Source: a virus
Lineage: Duplodnaviria > Caudoviricetes
Reading direction: 5' to 3' (one strand)
Virus record (IMG/VR): IMGVR_UViG_3300031994_000010
Location: 96,001-160,000 of that record
Length of the DNA stretch: 64,000 nt
Shown: positions 1-9,786 of the stretch, one piece after another
How positions within the stretch are numbered: the first letter of the stretch is position 1
How the letters are laid out: the number at the start of each line of letters is the position of its first letter
The notes under the pieces: generated by a model
The model's input: the letters and a program-made list of their open reading frames with translations, nothing else
Databases searched by the model: none
Told to the model about the DNA's origin: nothing
Program-made: the position numbers and the translations under genes

Positions 1-288
1 ATATCTTGAACCAATTTATTATTATAATAATCAATAAGGGATTCTCTAAATTCTTCCCAAAGTATAAGACACTTTGCATATTCTTTAGGTGTGAACTTGT
101 ATCCCATTACTTCTAAGTCTCCAGCATTCCAAGATGTGACAAATATACGTTCTTTGTCAAAATAAAGATCATAAGGTATATTTGAAGTAGTTTTAAAATT
201 TACAACTATTTGCTCATTCTTTTTATAAATCCTATTTATAAGTTGAGGATTATTCTTTAAATAACTTAATAACTTTTTCCAGTCCATA
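1..288 (-). CDS. hypothetical protein (runs off window edge), N-terminal paralog of 290..598
   Basis: ATG at 288; open frame MDWKKLLSYLKNN...; same start as the neighbour (MDWKKLLEHLKDN). Confidence 0.7.
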
Positions 289-289
289 A

Positions 290-598
290 TTAATCGATTT
301 TCTTAGTATTTATAAATTGATTAATCTTTCCCGTATGATAAATATCAAAATTCTTACTTATCTCTTCAATTAATAGTGCAGCTTCAGCATATTCTAAAGA
401 ATTTAATGTTTTACTAAAAATATTGGTATGCCATACATCTCCTTTGTATGAAACAATTATTTTACTATCACGTAATAATATCCAATAATTATTATGGTCA
501 TAATTAAATTCTAAATTATACCCACCAAGAATATATTGTATATTAGTTAAATACTGCACATTATCCTTTAAATGTTCTAATAACTTTTTCCAGTCCAT
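290..598 (-). CDS. hypothetical protein
   Basis: 102 aa ORF in tightly packed operon. Confidence 0.7.
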   Translation of the reverse strand: MDWKKLLEHLKDNVQYLTNIQYILGGYNLEFNYDHNNYWILLRDSKIIVSYKGDVWHTNIFSKTLNSLEYAEAALLIEEISKNFDIYHTGKINQFINTKKID

Positions 599-600
599 AA

Positions 601-1065
601 TTAATCAATGTTCATTAATATTTTTTCAAAATCTGAGTATTTGATTTCAGAGAAAAAACTATTTAACCATTTAAGTGCTTCTAAGTCTTCCTCTTGTTCT
701 TTTAATATATCTTTTTCTTCTATCAATTGATTTAAAGTATCTAAGTCTGGAGTTACTCCAAGTTCTTTTAATACTTCAATTTTGTTTTGATGGGACTTTT
801 TACTATCTTCTAATTCTTCTTGTAATTGATAGATGATACTTTTTATATCTCCTTCTTTCAATTCGTCATATTTAGGTTCATCCACTCCTATATAAGTAGG
901 GTGTAAATATTCATAAAAGTTTCTGTATATAGAAGAATTACGAGAAAAACTCATCAGAGCCAAAGGTTCTCCTTTAGAAATTTCAACTTCTTCTGAAGTT
1001 CCATCTTCTTTATAATGAGTTTTAGTTCTTTTTGGAACTAAATAAAATGTTAAATAACTACTCAT
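601..1065 (-). CDS. hypothetical protein
   Basis: 154 aa ORF, ATGA overlap with upstream gene. Confidence 0.75.
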   Translation of the reverse strand: MSSYLTFYLVPKRTKTHYKEDGTSEEVEISKGEPLALMSFSRNSSIYRNFYEYLHPTYIGVDEPKYDELKEGDIKSIIYQLQEELEDSKKSHQNKIEVLKELGVTPDLDTLNQLIEEKDILKEQEEDLEALKWLNSFFSEIKYSDFEKILMNID

Positions 1066-2669
1066 ACATTTTCAAAAGTACCACTAGTTCTTACATTATT
1101 AATAAACAAATCATAGGAAATACCATGAGCATTTCTACTATAATTAAAGTTAGAGTAATCGGAAGCTCCGAATAAACTTAAAACATTTCTATAATCAAAT
1201 AAATTACAAGAACTTAACGCATTAGAATGTAGGTCTCCTTTAACAAAATGAGTTTTACTTCCCATTTTTATATTGTTATCTTCCATCCATTCATAAATCA
1301 TTACCTTAGTACGCTCATCAAGTACCAATGGCATAGGTCTCTTCATAAACATACTATCTTTCCCATGGCAAATACAATACGTGTGATCAAATACTTTAAA
1401 ACTACCTATAAATTCTTTAAATAGAGTGAAAGGAACTTCCTTATAATAGTTGTTTACAAGGTTCTTTAAAGCTAAAGTAGCAACATACCCAGTAATCCCA
1501 TCATGATTTCCTTCTTTTACAGAATAAATTTCTAGATGTTCACAACAAGTTCTTAAATTATCAATAAATGGAACCATAACTTCAAGGAAAGTTTCAATTT
1601 GTTCCATATTATCCATATTCTGAGGCATTATATGGTCTCGTCTTGCTGTTTGCCCGTCCATTCCATCCAAGTTATCGCCAAGCAAACATAACACAATCTT
1701 ATAATAAGGACCAATTTTCGACACCCTAGTAATAGTGTTGTCCAAACGCTCTTTAAGCTCTTCTCTATTCCAATCATTTTCATATAAAGTATAAGAATTA
1801 CATTTTGCTCCAATATGCATATCAGATAAAAATAGGACTATAGTTCTTTCCTCAGAGTTTGTGGATAGTTCTGCTTTTGGAGAAGGAGTAAATCCTGTTA
1901 AATCAACTTTAATAGTATCTAAAGATTCAAGTTGTGCCTGAAGTTCTCTATTCTCTCTAGCTAGTTTAACAGCAGTATGTCTAATATCATTAAGTTCGTC
2001 TTTTTCTATCTTCTTTAAGAAATCATTTTCTTTTTCTCTAAGATGATATTCTTTTAACTCTTCTTCGGTCTTCTCTTCATACATATGTGGAGCAAATGGA
2101 CCACTTGCTTTAGTTATGTTAAAAGCACGAAGAATACGTTTAAAATCTTGTAAAGAATAATCAGGAAAATGTCTACTTACTTCTCTTTGAGTTATAGAAG
2201 CTCCGTAATAAGAATACAAACGATAAATAGTCTGCATTTCATCCCTTGTAAGAGTTCCTTGTACAGGAGTTTTATCTCTTCTATATACTTTAAAACTATA
2301 TCCAACAATCTTACCTTCAGAGTTTCTTACAAAAGAAGATTCTATTTTATCATCAGTATCTTGAACTTCTTCAGTATGTTCAGCTTCTAATTGTAACCCT
2401 GGGATAATTAATTCTGTCCCTTCATTATATAAGTTATCTATTTCTGCTCCTCTATACTTAAGAGAATTATATTTTAATATAATATTATTAACTATATCAT
2501 ATAATTCATTCTCAGGAGTTATAGATTCTTGTTTAAGTTTACACATTAAACTATAAAAATAAGAAGGAGATTTTCCCTCACTATTAAAATATGCGTTGAT
2601 AGAAAGTCCAGATTTCTCAATGGAATTTACTAAATTATTTAATTTTTCAATGGTTGTTTTTCTTATCAT
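1062..2669 (-). CDS. calcineurin-like metallophosphoesterase domain protein
   Basis: motifs SDMHIG, LGDNLDG, GNHD, CHG, GDLH. Confidence 0.85.
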   Translation of the reverse strand: MIRKTTIEKLNNLVNSIEKSGLSINAYFNSEGKSPSYFYSLMCKLKQESITPENELYDIVNNIILKYNSLKYRGAEIDNLYNEGTELIIPGLQLEAEHTEEVQDTDDKIESSFVRNSEGKIVGYSFKVYRRDKTPVQGTLTRDEMQTIYRLYSYYGASITQREVSRHFPDYSLQDFKRILRAFNITKASGPFAPHMYEEKTEEELKEYHLREKENDFLKKIEKDELNDIRHTAVKLARENRELQAQLESLDTIKVDLTGFTPSPKAELSTNSEERTIVLFLSDMHIGAKCNSYTLYENDWNREELKERLDNTITRVSKIGPYYKIVLCLLGDNLDGMDGQTARRDHIMPQNMDNMEQIETFLEVMVPFIDNLRTCCEHLEIYSVKEGNHDGITGYVATLALKNLVNNYYKEVPFTLFKEFIGSFKVFDHTYCICHGKDSMFMKRPMPLVLDERTKVMIYEWMEDNNIKMGSKTHFVKGDLHSNALSSCNLFDYRNVLSLFGASDYSNFNYSRNAHGISYDLFINNVRTSGTFENV

Positions 2670-2710
2670 TTTTCAATGTTTTAAATTTATGAGTTGTTAC
2701 ACCGTTAATA

Positions 2711-2747
2711 AATAAAAAAGGTAGCTACCCTCACGGGCAACTACCTT
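2711..2747 (-). terminator. rho-independent terminator
   Basis: AAGGTAG..CCC/GGG..CTACCTT hairpin with U-run on minus strand. Confidence 0.6.
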
Positions 2748-2784
2748 AATAAAAAAACAAAAGTTATATTATGAAAACAAAAAA

Positions 2785-3336
2785 TTAAAGCTTCTCAAGA
2801 CCGAAGACAACATACTCGCCAATACGAGCGCTCTTAGAGGGAACATAATCCCAAGTGAAAGCTACACTTTCGCCTTCAGTAACTACATACTGAATCTCAC
2901 ACTTACCACCAGCCTTCAAGCCTTTCTTCATAAGAGCCTTTACAGCCTCCTCAGCAGTCTTCTTAGTGCCGTGAATCTTATCAAGAATATTACCCTGATT
3001 GTCAATCAAAGTATATACACGACCAATCTTTCTGCGACCCTGCTCGTTCTTAACATTATTGAACTTATAAGGACGAGTACGAGTACTCTCAACAGCAGCA
3101 GTCTTTGTAATATAATATCCTGCACCGGCCTTGTTACCCTTCTTTGCAAGATAATCTACCATAAAGTCCTTAACATCCTTCTCAGTGTAATTAGCACCAA
3201 CTTTCTTCTGCCAATTCTTAAATGCCTGAGTAGCATCACCCATAATCACTAAATCTTCTGCCTTATCAAGAGCTTCCTTCTTAGTTTCACCTACTACGCT
3301 AAAGTTCACAAACTTACCATTAATTACATTACTCAT
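2785..3336 (-). CDS. hypothetical basic protein
   Basis: 183 aa ORF followed by its own terminator. Confidence 0.75.
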   Translation of the reverse strand: MSNVINGKFVNFSVVGETKKEALDKAEDLVIMGDATQAFKNWQKKVGANYTEKDVKDFMVDYLAKKGNKAGAGYYITKTAAVESTRTRPYKFNNVKNEQGRRKIGRVYTLIDNQGNILDKIHGTKKTAEEAVKALMKKGLKAGGKCEIQYVVTEGESVAFTWDYVPSKSARIGEYVVFGLEKL

Positions 3337-3470
3337 AAAATTTTCCTTTCAACATTAATTCATAAAAAACTTAAATAATCTGCGTTCTCTCATCGGAGAA
3401 GTGATACAAGTATATCTATGAATAACCAAAAATCAAAGAGATAATATGTTAAAAAATGTTAACGATTGTT

Positions 3471-3827
3471 TTAAAATGGTAATCGTTTTTTAAGTATCTC
3501 TTTTACTGTTTTGGGCATATCTGCGGGTTTAATGTTAAAAGTTGGAAATTCTGTGCATTCATATCCAAAATTTTCACACATAACTGCCAATCCTTTTATT
3601 TCATTATCATCTAGTCCTGTGCCCTCGCACAGTTTATTGACTACTTTGTAGTAGGTCACATCTGGTTTTTTCTTTTTCATTGATGTGGTGATGAAGCATA
3701 TCAATGAAATAAGAGCAAATTTAGTGTTTATATCGGAAGCAATAGCTCCTAAATTGAAATATTCACTAAATATTGCTTCTAATTGCTTATATGATAAATT
3801 ACCATCCATTGAACTTATAATAAGCAA
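3471..3827 (-). CDS. hypothetical protein (true start probably ATG ~3809)
   Basis: ORF overlapping end of nuclease gene. Confidence 0.65.
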   Translation of the reverse strand: MLIISSMDGNLSYKQLEAIFSEYFNLGAIASDINTKFALISLICFITTSMKKKKPDVTYYKVVNKLCEGTGLDDNEIKGLAVMCENFGYECTEFPTFNIKPADMPKTVKEILKKRLPF

Positions 3828-4809
3828 CTAATTTAAGCAAGGTCTTAAATTCATTAAAACCTCTTTGTAAATCTTTATTTGTTAACGGATATACACAACC
3901 ATTATAATCTGGAAATGTTTCAAGAACCAAACAATTTGCTTCCATTTTAGGTTTGTCTAAGTCATAAAATTTCTTAGCACATAAACTTAGAAGCCACATA
4001 TACATTCCTAATTCTCTATAATAATGGTATTTATTAAATGCTCCTTTGAACATATTAATAGGTTTACTTGATGTTTTTAAATCATTTACCATAATAAGGT
4101 TTTCATCCTTATTTATAGAGAAATTATCTAACTTAGATTTAAGTCTAAGTATAATAGGTTCTTTGTCTTCAACAGAAGCTTCTACATCTAAAAGAATAGT
4201 TTTCTCATTACCTGTCACAGGTGGTTCTAATATTCCTTCAGGTTGTAACAACTTATGAAATTCATCATATCCTTCATAAGTATTTAACATTCCAGCAACG
4301 GCATCACGTTTCTTTTCATCTAGGAATATAGGAGTTTTAGTTTCATATTGATGAGCATCCTCCCAATCAGTTCTAGTTCTCCAATAAGTAGAACATTTTT
4401 CTTTAAGGTCTTGAATCTTCTTAGAATTCATTTTACCCTTATAATAGTCTATTTTATCAGATGCTGCTATAATTTCTTCATCAGTAGGCAGTTTACCAAA
4501 TTTATAAAGAGTATCTGCCATAAACCCAGCTTTTGCAGTAGGTCTATTTACACCTTCAACAATAAAATAAGACTCTGGTTGAAGTATCATTGAATGAACA
4601 GCACTTCCTAGAACTAAACTATCTAAATATAAAGAAGGTCTTTCTTTAAAATATTTCTCTGGAGAACCTTCTTGTTCTGGATTAATCAAAGAAAGTCTAG
4701 AATTAGAAACATAGTCTGAATATTTCTCACTGAAATATATTTCATCAGATATATCTTCTAATCTTAGACTTTCTAGTATAGGTTTAATTTTAACGTCCTT
4801 AAAAGTCAC
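3799..4809 (-). CDS. PD-(D/E)XK exonuclease (RecE/exo VIII-like)
   Basis: SNSRL, LGSAVHSMIL, KSKLD, DLKTS, YHYYRELGMY motifs. Confidence 0.8.
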   Translation of the reverse strand: MTFKDVKIKPILESLRLEDISDEIYFSEKYSDYVSNSRLSLINPEQEGSPEKYFKERPSLYLDSLVLGSAVHSMILQPESYFIVEGVNRPTAKAGFMADTLYKFGKLPTDEEIIAASDKIDYYKGKMNSKKIQDLKEKCSTYWRTRTDWEDAHQYETKTPIFLDEKKRDAVAGMLNTYEGYDEFHKLLQPEGILEPPVTGNEKTILLDVEASVEDKEPIILRLKSKLDNFSINKDENLIMVNDLKTSSKPINMFKGAFNKYHYYRELGMYMWLLSLCAKKFYDLDKPKMEANCLVLETFPDYNGCVYPLTNKDLQRGFNEFKTLLKLVAYYKFNGW

Positions 4810-4947
4810 AAATAATTTGTATATTAATAGTTTGTCCAGTTAGTCGTGAATATAGTAATTTAGCTGCATTAGAATTCTCTGCATACATTGTGACAAATCC
4901 ATAATATGGAATTTTATCACCATCACCTCTAGCTAAAATGTACTTTT

Positions 4948-5469
4948 TCATAATAAACTTTTAAAGTTGCTGAAAATATCACTTTCAACGGCTAAATTAT
5001 AAGCATCTTCTATTTCGTTATAATCTAAACTATAAATTCTACAGATTGGTCCCCATTCTTGATTTTTAGGAGAGTCAATTAGTAAACAAGGTATACCATG
5101 TAAATTTAAATCTATAAAATTCTTTAAGGAATCTTCAATAAAAACATCTACTCTTCCTTTTAAAGTTTTAGCTTTACTTATATGGTATCCAGGTAATTGA
5201 TATAGAGGACTATTAGGTAAATCGTGATCACTAAGATACCTTTTTGTCCAGATTTTTTTGCTAACTCTTGCAGAACAATATAATTTTGGAGTAAAGTTAG
5301 GCCTTCTTAATACTGGAAGACCTAACCAAAACTCTCTTTCATTAATTAGGATATGTTCCACATTTCTAGTAATAGCCCAATCATAATTAGGCCATTTACC
5401 AAAACGTTTCAGATACCCACCGTCAAAGTCTGCAATAGTGCCATCAATATCAAGCCCTATCCTCAACAT
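4948..5469 (-). CDS. HAD-family 5'(3')-nucleotidase-like protein
   Basis: N-terminal LDIDGTIADF and FIEDS motifs. Confidence 0.75.
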   Translation of the reverse strand: MLRIGLDIDGTIADFDGGYLKRFGKWPNYDWAITRNVEHILINEREFWLGLPVLRRPNFTPKLYCSARVSKKIWTKRYLSDHDLPNSPLYQLPGYHISKAKTLKGRVDVFIEDSLKNFIDLNLHGIPCLLIDSPKNQEWGPICRIYSLDYNEIEDAYNLAVESDIFSNFKSLL

Positions 5470-5639
5470 CTGTCTTAGTTTCCTTTAAACCTGGGATAAT
5501 CTTCGGACCCATTGGAATGTTTCCTACAGAATTCTTAGCAGTTAAACCAGTTTCATTGCAAAACATTTTCTTTTCCTCGTTAGAAAGGTTTTTGTAAGAC
5601 GTAATAAGTCTCTTTACATAAGTTTCTCTTTTCATAATT

Positions 5640-6020
5640 TTAAATTTTGTTACCGTTTTGAATAATTAAATCTACTATTTGATCTAAGGTTAAACAATAA
5701 CCTACATTTCCTTCGTCTAAGAATTCGCCCATCATATCACGTAACCAGTTTATAATACTTCTACGATCCTTTAATTGCTCGGCTTCTTCTTCCATAAGAT
5801 CTTCGACTCTACGATCAAATTCTTTCTTTGCTTCAGGTAGGATAGTTTTAATTTCTTCCTTAGTTATGTCTGGATTGTCATACTCAAGAGCTGCAATGAA
5901 GCTATCTCTAGTTCCCTCCCAGTCATCTGGCCACCAGTCATACTCGAATAACATTTCTAGAATTTCAGGAATTGATACTTCTTCCTCAACTTCTACTAAC
6001 TTAGTCTTTTTAACTTTCAT
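5640..6020 (-). CDS. hypothetical acidic protein
   Basis: 126 aa ORF, ATGA-coupled to radical SAM gene. Confidence 0.7.
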   Translation of the reverse strand: MKVKKTKLVEVEEEVSIPEILEMLFEYDWWPDDWEGTRDSFIAALEYDNPDITKEEIKTILPEAKKEFDRRVEDLMEEEAEQLKDRRSIINWLRDMMGEFLDEGNVGYCLTLDQIVDLIIQNGNKI

Positions 6021-6952
6021 ACTTTAATTACTTTTATAGGATTTAAATTAAATGAACTTGGAGTAATAGTAACTTTACCATTATCCAATAAAATATTTTT
6101 AGAGTAGGCTTCTTGTGGATAAGTAGAAATAGGAAGTTTAGTTCCCTTATTTATATAAGGATAGAAATTAGCTCCAAATGCCACATTACTAATGTTATTT
6201 TTAATAATTTCTTCTTCAAGATACTCATATACTCCATCCTCTATACCTTTAGTACTTCTACCATGAGCCATTAAAGGTAAAAGAACGTGATAGTGAATAT
6301 CTTTACCAAAGTTTTTAGCATACACTATAAAATCTTCAACAGATTTCTTATTAGAAATAATATGATGAATCATTACTTTACAGTCGCCATATTTAAGAAG
6401 ATTATAGATAGCTTTTAAAGCATTTAAACGAACTAACTCATTTCCAAAAGAAACAGCTACTCCTCCAACAAAGTTCTTTGTATATTCAAGAATTTCCTGA
6501 CACCAAGGATCAGAATAATCAGATAAGATTAAACCATTAGTAGTATAGTTGGGAACTACATCAGTTTCAAATACTGTTTGAATAAACTTAGTAAATTGTT
6601 TAGAACAAGTAGGTTCTCCAGTTGAACCAATTGCTATCTGGTATGGGCGTAAACTAGTAGAAACATTACCTCTCTTCTTAATAGGATATTGTTCCATCCA
6701 ACGTTTCCATGTTCCACAAATATCTTCAAAGTCTCTTCCACCCTTACCAGCAGATACATAACAAAATGGACACATTAAGTTACATCTTGTAGTAATTCCT
6801 ACATCATAAAACTCAGATAACTCAGGAGGAAGTTCAATGATTTCTTCATCATCTTCTCCAAGTCTTATAGTAACTAAATTATTCCAAATTGCTCTATAAT
6901 TATAGTCTTTAAGAGTACGAATCTTAGTACCCCAACTTTTAAAATCTTTCAT
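6017..6952 (-). CDS. radical SAM domain protein
   Basis: CxxxCxxC (CNLMCPFC), GEPT and TTNG motifs. Confidence 0.9.
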   Translation of the reverse strand: MKDFKSWGTKIRTLKDYNYRAIWNNLVTIRLGEDDEEIIELPPELSEFYDVGITTRCNLMCPFCYVSAGKGGRDFEDICGTWKRWMEQYPIKKRGNVSTSLRPYQIAIGSTGEPTCSKQFTKFIQTVFETDVVPNYTTNGLILSDYSDPWCQEILEYTKNFVGGVAVSFGNELVRLNALKAIYNLLKYGDCKVMIHHIISNKKSVEDFIVYAKNFGKDIHYHVLLPLMAHGRSTKGIEDGVYEYLEEEIIKNNISNVAFGANFYPYINKGTKLPISTYPQEAYSKNILLDNGKVTITPSSFNLNPIKVIKV

Positions 6953-7091
6953 GCTTCTGTTACTAAATCAATTTTATCTATATTCCAATGTTCTCTACGA
7001 ACTAACTCTGCAGCGGCTTCTGGACAAGTAGCAGTACACCATTCTTTGTCATAGTCACCATCTTTTGTAGTAAATCGTACAATATACTTTT

Positions 7092-7274
7092 TCATCCTAA
7101 AGCATCGTCTAAATCACCAATTTCACCACCTAATCCTAAATTATCTGGTTCCCAATTATTTGGAATAAACCAACAATTCTTATCAGGATCAAAGTAACAC
7201 TCTTTTGGATAATCTGGATTATCCATATAATCCTGAATTTCAGGCCATTCTACTTTTCTATACAAATCTGTCAT
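7092..7274 (-). CDS. small hypothetical protein
   Basis: 60 aa ORF in operon. Confidence 0.55.
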   Translation of the reverse strand: MTDLYRKVEWPEIQDYMDNPDYPKECYFDPDKNCWFIPNNWEPDNLGLGGEIGDLDDALG

Positions 7275-7566
7275 AATGAAAATTCATTATTACTGGTTTA
7301 TCTTTACATAATTCTTCTACTACTGCTTTATAAAGGTCTAAAAACTTATCCTTATGATAAGGGACATCAATTTTTATTGTATTGTCGTCCCTCTTATCAA
7401 ATTCACTTAGACAAAGGGTTTGCTCTCTTTCCTGTCTCCAACAGTCAAAGAACTCATATAAATCAGTGTGAATATTATCGAGAATTTCTGGATCAGTTCC
7501 AGATATAACGCAAAAAACCTCACTACTAGAATTAGTAATGAGGTCACTTATACTTTTAATTTTCAT
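7258..7566 (-). CDS. SDxITNSSSEVF-leader family protein (copy 4)
   Basis: starts MKIKSISDLITNSSSEVF. Confidence 0.8.
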   Translation of the reverse strand: MKIKSISDLITNSSSEVFCVISGTDPEILDNIHTDLYEFFDCWRQEREQTLCLSEFDKRDDNTIKIDVPYHKDKFLDLYKAVVEELCKDKPVIMNFHYDRFV

Positions 7567-8015
7567 CCTAGATGGTGTCTTTGAATTGATTCAATAGGTT
7601 TCTTTTTATGCTTTAAACCAGGTTCATCAGGTTTATGATTCCAATCGTAGTAAGGTAATTCTACTTCACCTAAATCTTTTGCCCAATATCCTTGAAATTT
7701 ATCTCGAAATTTCTTATTCCAATATAAATTATCAATAATACTCATTAACCAACTTGGTATAGTATTATCACTAGTAGAATGAATTAACAAATCATTCTTA
7801 TGAACATAGTAATACCACTCGTCATCAATATAAGTTTCATCAGATATTGTAGTATATAACATATCATCAATATCTTCTTCAAATAAGTCACAAATACTTT
7901 TTAAGAACTCAGGAATTTCTTGATTAATTTCATCCTGAAATTCTGGTTTAGCGTGAATTATAAATACTTCACTAGAAGAATTTGTAATTACGTCAGATAC
8001 ACTAATAATTTTCAT
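7563..8015 (-). CDS. SDxITNSSSEVF-leader family protein (copy 3)
   Basis: starts MKIISVSDVITNSSSEVF. Confidence 0.8.
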   Translation of the reverse strand: MKIISVSDVITNSSSEVFIIHAKPEFQDEINQEIPEFLKSICDLFEEDIDDMLYTTISDETYIDDEWYYYVHKNDLLIHSTSDNTIPSWLMSIIDNLYWNKKFRDKFQGYWAKDLGEVELPYYDWNHKPDEPGLKHKKKPIESIQRHHLG

Positions 8016-8410
8016 GCTCGATCTTTAATATATTCAATGTTATTATTAAGTAATTCATCTTCAACTAAACATATACGTGAATAACCTGAGTCTGAATCAT
8101 CATCCTCTTCAAAAATTGCTTTATCGAGAAGATCCTTCAAGAAAATTTCTAAAACAGAAGTTGCTTTGTCATTATCCAATTTACTTATCTCTTCTATAAA
8201 GTCGTAATCACTAAGAAAACTAGGAAGACATAGAGTATCTATTACATCACGAAGTTCATAATTTAAAAATTTTTCGAAAACGTTTTGCTTAGTTATAGTT
8301 TTAAAATATTTTTGACATTCTGGAGGAAGTTTATTTAAATCCTTACTATCAATAATAAAAACTTCACTTGACGAATTAGTAATTACGTCAGATACACTTA
8401 ATATTTTCAT
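8012..8410 (-). CDS. SDxITNSSSEVF-leader family protein (copy 2)
   Basis: starts MKILSVSDVITNSSSEVF. Confidence 0.8.
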   Translation of the reverse strand: MKILSVSDVITNSSSEVFIIDSKDLNKLPPECQKYFKTITKQNVFEKFLNYELRDVIDTLCLPSFLSDYDFIEEISKLDNDKATSVLEIFLKDLLDKAIFEEDDDSDSGYSRICLVEDELLNNNIEYIKDRA

Positions 8411-9026
8411 AATTCATAAAAGTTTTTAACCCAGATGCTTTTATTTGATCAATTACATATTTAATAAATTCTGGTTCTCTTTCAAATATGGATTCCTTAT
8501 TTAATATATCATAGGCAAAATCTGGATAAGGAATTTTATCTTCTTCGCGAGTGTCTCCTCCTAAAATAGTGCAATTCTTATATATGTAATCTCTTGTAGC
8601 ATCCTGTGCTTGGTCTGAATCCAAATATAGTAGATTTTCTATATCAGAAATATTGTATTCTTCTAACCAATCTTTTACAGTATATGAAAATTCCTTTTTA
8701 TCAAGGTCTGGATATTTTTCATAATATTCGGATACATCTTCCCAAGTTATGTCATTTTCTGGATCGTTTATCATTTCCTCCCAGTCTCCTAACATACCTT
8801 TACGTATAAACCATAAATCAGCAGCTTGAGAAATATAAAAGACAGTCCAATCACCAATATCAAAAATTCCTCCCATTCCAGAACCTCTGTCTATTTTTCC
8901 TTCATAACCATCTTTATGAATTTCCAACAAGATGTCTTTTAACTCTTTAGCTTTGTACTGAGATGTAAGAAGAAAAACTTCAGAACTACTATTAGTAATT
9001 ACATCAGATACACTTAATATTTTCAT
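8388..9026 (-). CDS. SDxITNSSSEVF-leader family protein (copy 1)
   Basis: starts MKILSVSDVITNSSSEVF. Confidence 0.8.
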   Translation of the reverse strand: MKILSVSDVITNSSSEVFLLTSQYKAKELKDILLEIHKDGYEGKIDRGSGMGGIFDIGDWTVFYISQAADLWFIRKGMLGDWEEMINDPENDITWEDVSEYYEKYPDLDKKEFSYTVKDWLEEYNISDIENLLYLDSDQAQDATRDYIYKNCTILGGDTREEDKIPYPDFAYDILNKESIFEREPEFIKYVIDQIKASGLKTFMNYENIKCI

Positions 9027-9241
9027 ATTTCATCTATTTCCAATAAGTCAGAAACATAAATTGCATAATTATTACACTCTTCAATAACTTCATCCCAATC
9101 AAGTCCAATCAAATCTAAATTTTCATTTAATTGTTCAAGTTTAGAACTAGCTTTATCTACTGCATTTTGATAACCAGTTGCAGTAATCTTTTTAATCTGG
9201 TTCACTTCATTTACTGTATAAGCAAATATATAAGTATTCAT
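9023..9241 (-). CDS. hypothetical protein
   Basis: 72 aa ORF with ATGA overlaps on both sides. Confidence 0.65.
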   Translation of the reverse strand: MNTYIFAYTVNEVNQIKKITATGYQNAVDKASSKLEQLNENLDLIGLDWDEVIEECNNYAIYVSDLLEIDEI

Positions 9242-9786
9242 AATATATGATTTTGTTTAGTGTACGCATCAAGTAATTGATAAAAGAAATAATCTGGAAT
9301 AATAAATACTGTATTATCTGTAGTTAATGTATTTTTCTTCCAACATAAACAGAATGGTTTAGACTTATCTGAACATTGCTCTCTAATATTGAAATAACTA
9401 GGAGTGTTTGCATAATTCTTTGCTTGAATATTCACTGGTAACTTACCTTCTACATCACAAATATCAACTTTATCTGCGTCTAGAGAACGGCTTTGTCCCG
9501 CAGAACGTTCACACCCTACATATCCAATAGCTCTAAGTTGGTCTCTTATTTGATACTCTAAATCTTTACCTTTGGTTTTAGATTTTTTAGCACGATATGA
9601 CCTCTTAGTATGTTCATCTAACCATTCACAGCTTATCCCATCTTTAGGAGTAGTATTTTTATTAGCTCTTATCTTAATTGCTTGTACACTTAATCCACTA
9701 TTTTCACTAGCTTCTTCTATAGAAGCATATTCTTCTGTACGTCCATCTTTATAAGTAAGACGTACAGATGTATTTAGCTACTTCAT
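9238..9786 (-). CDS. Hjc-like Holliday junction resolvase with N-terminal NUMOD1-like HTH; in-frame TAG (Gln) at codon 3
   Basis: ATG AAG TAG CTA... overlaps primase TGA (ATGA); 182 aa frame includes YASIEEASENSG and SKTKGKDLE...RSLDADKVDI...NIQAK; ORF track shows only the last 65 aa. Confidence 0.8.

Noticed and set aside
9572-9754. Plus-strand 60 aa ORF and similar antisense ORFs (e.g. 11756..12157, 19260..19589, 54416..54790)
   Set aside because: Shadow frames opposite well-supported minus-strand genes
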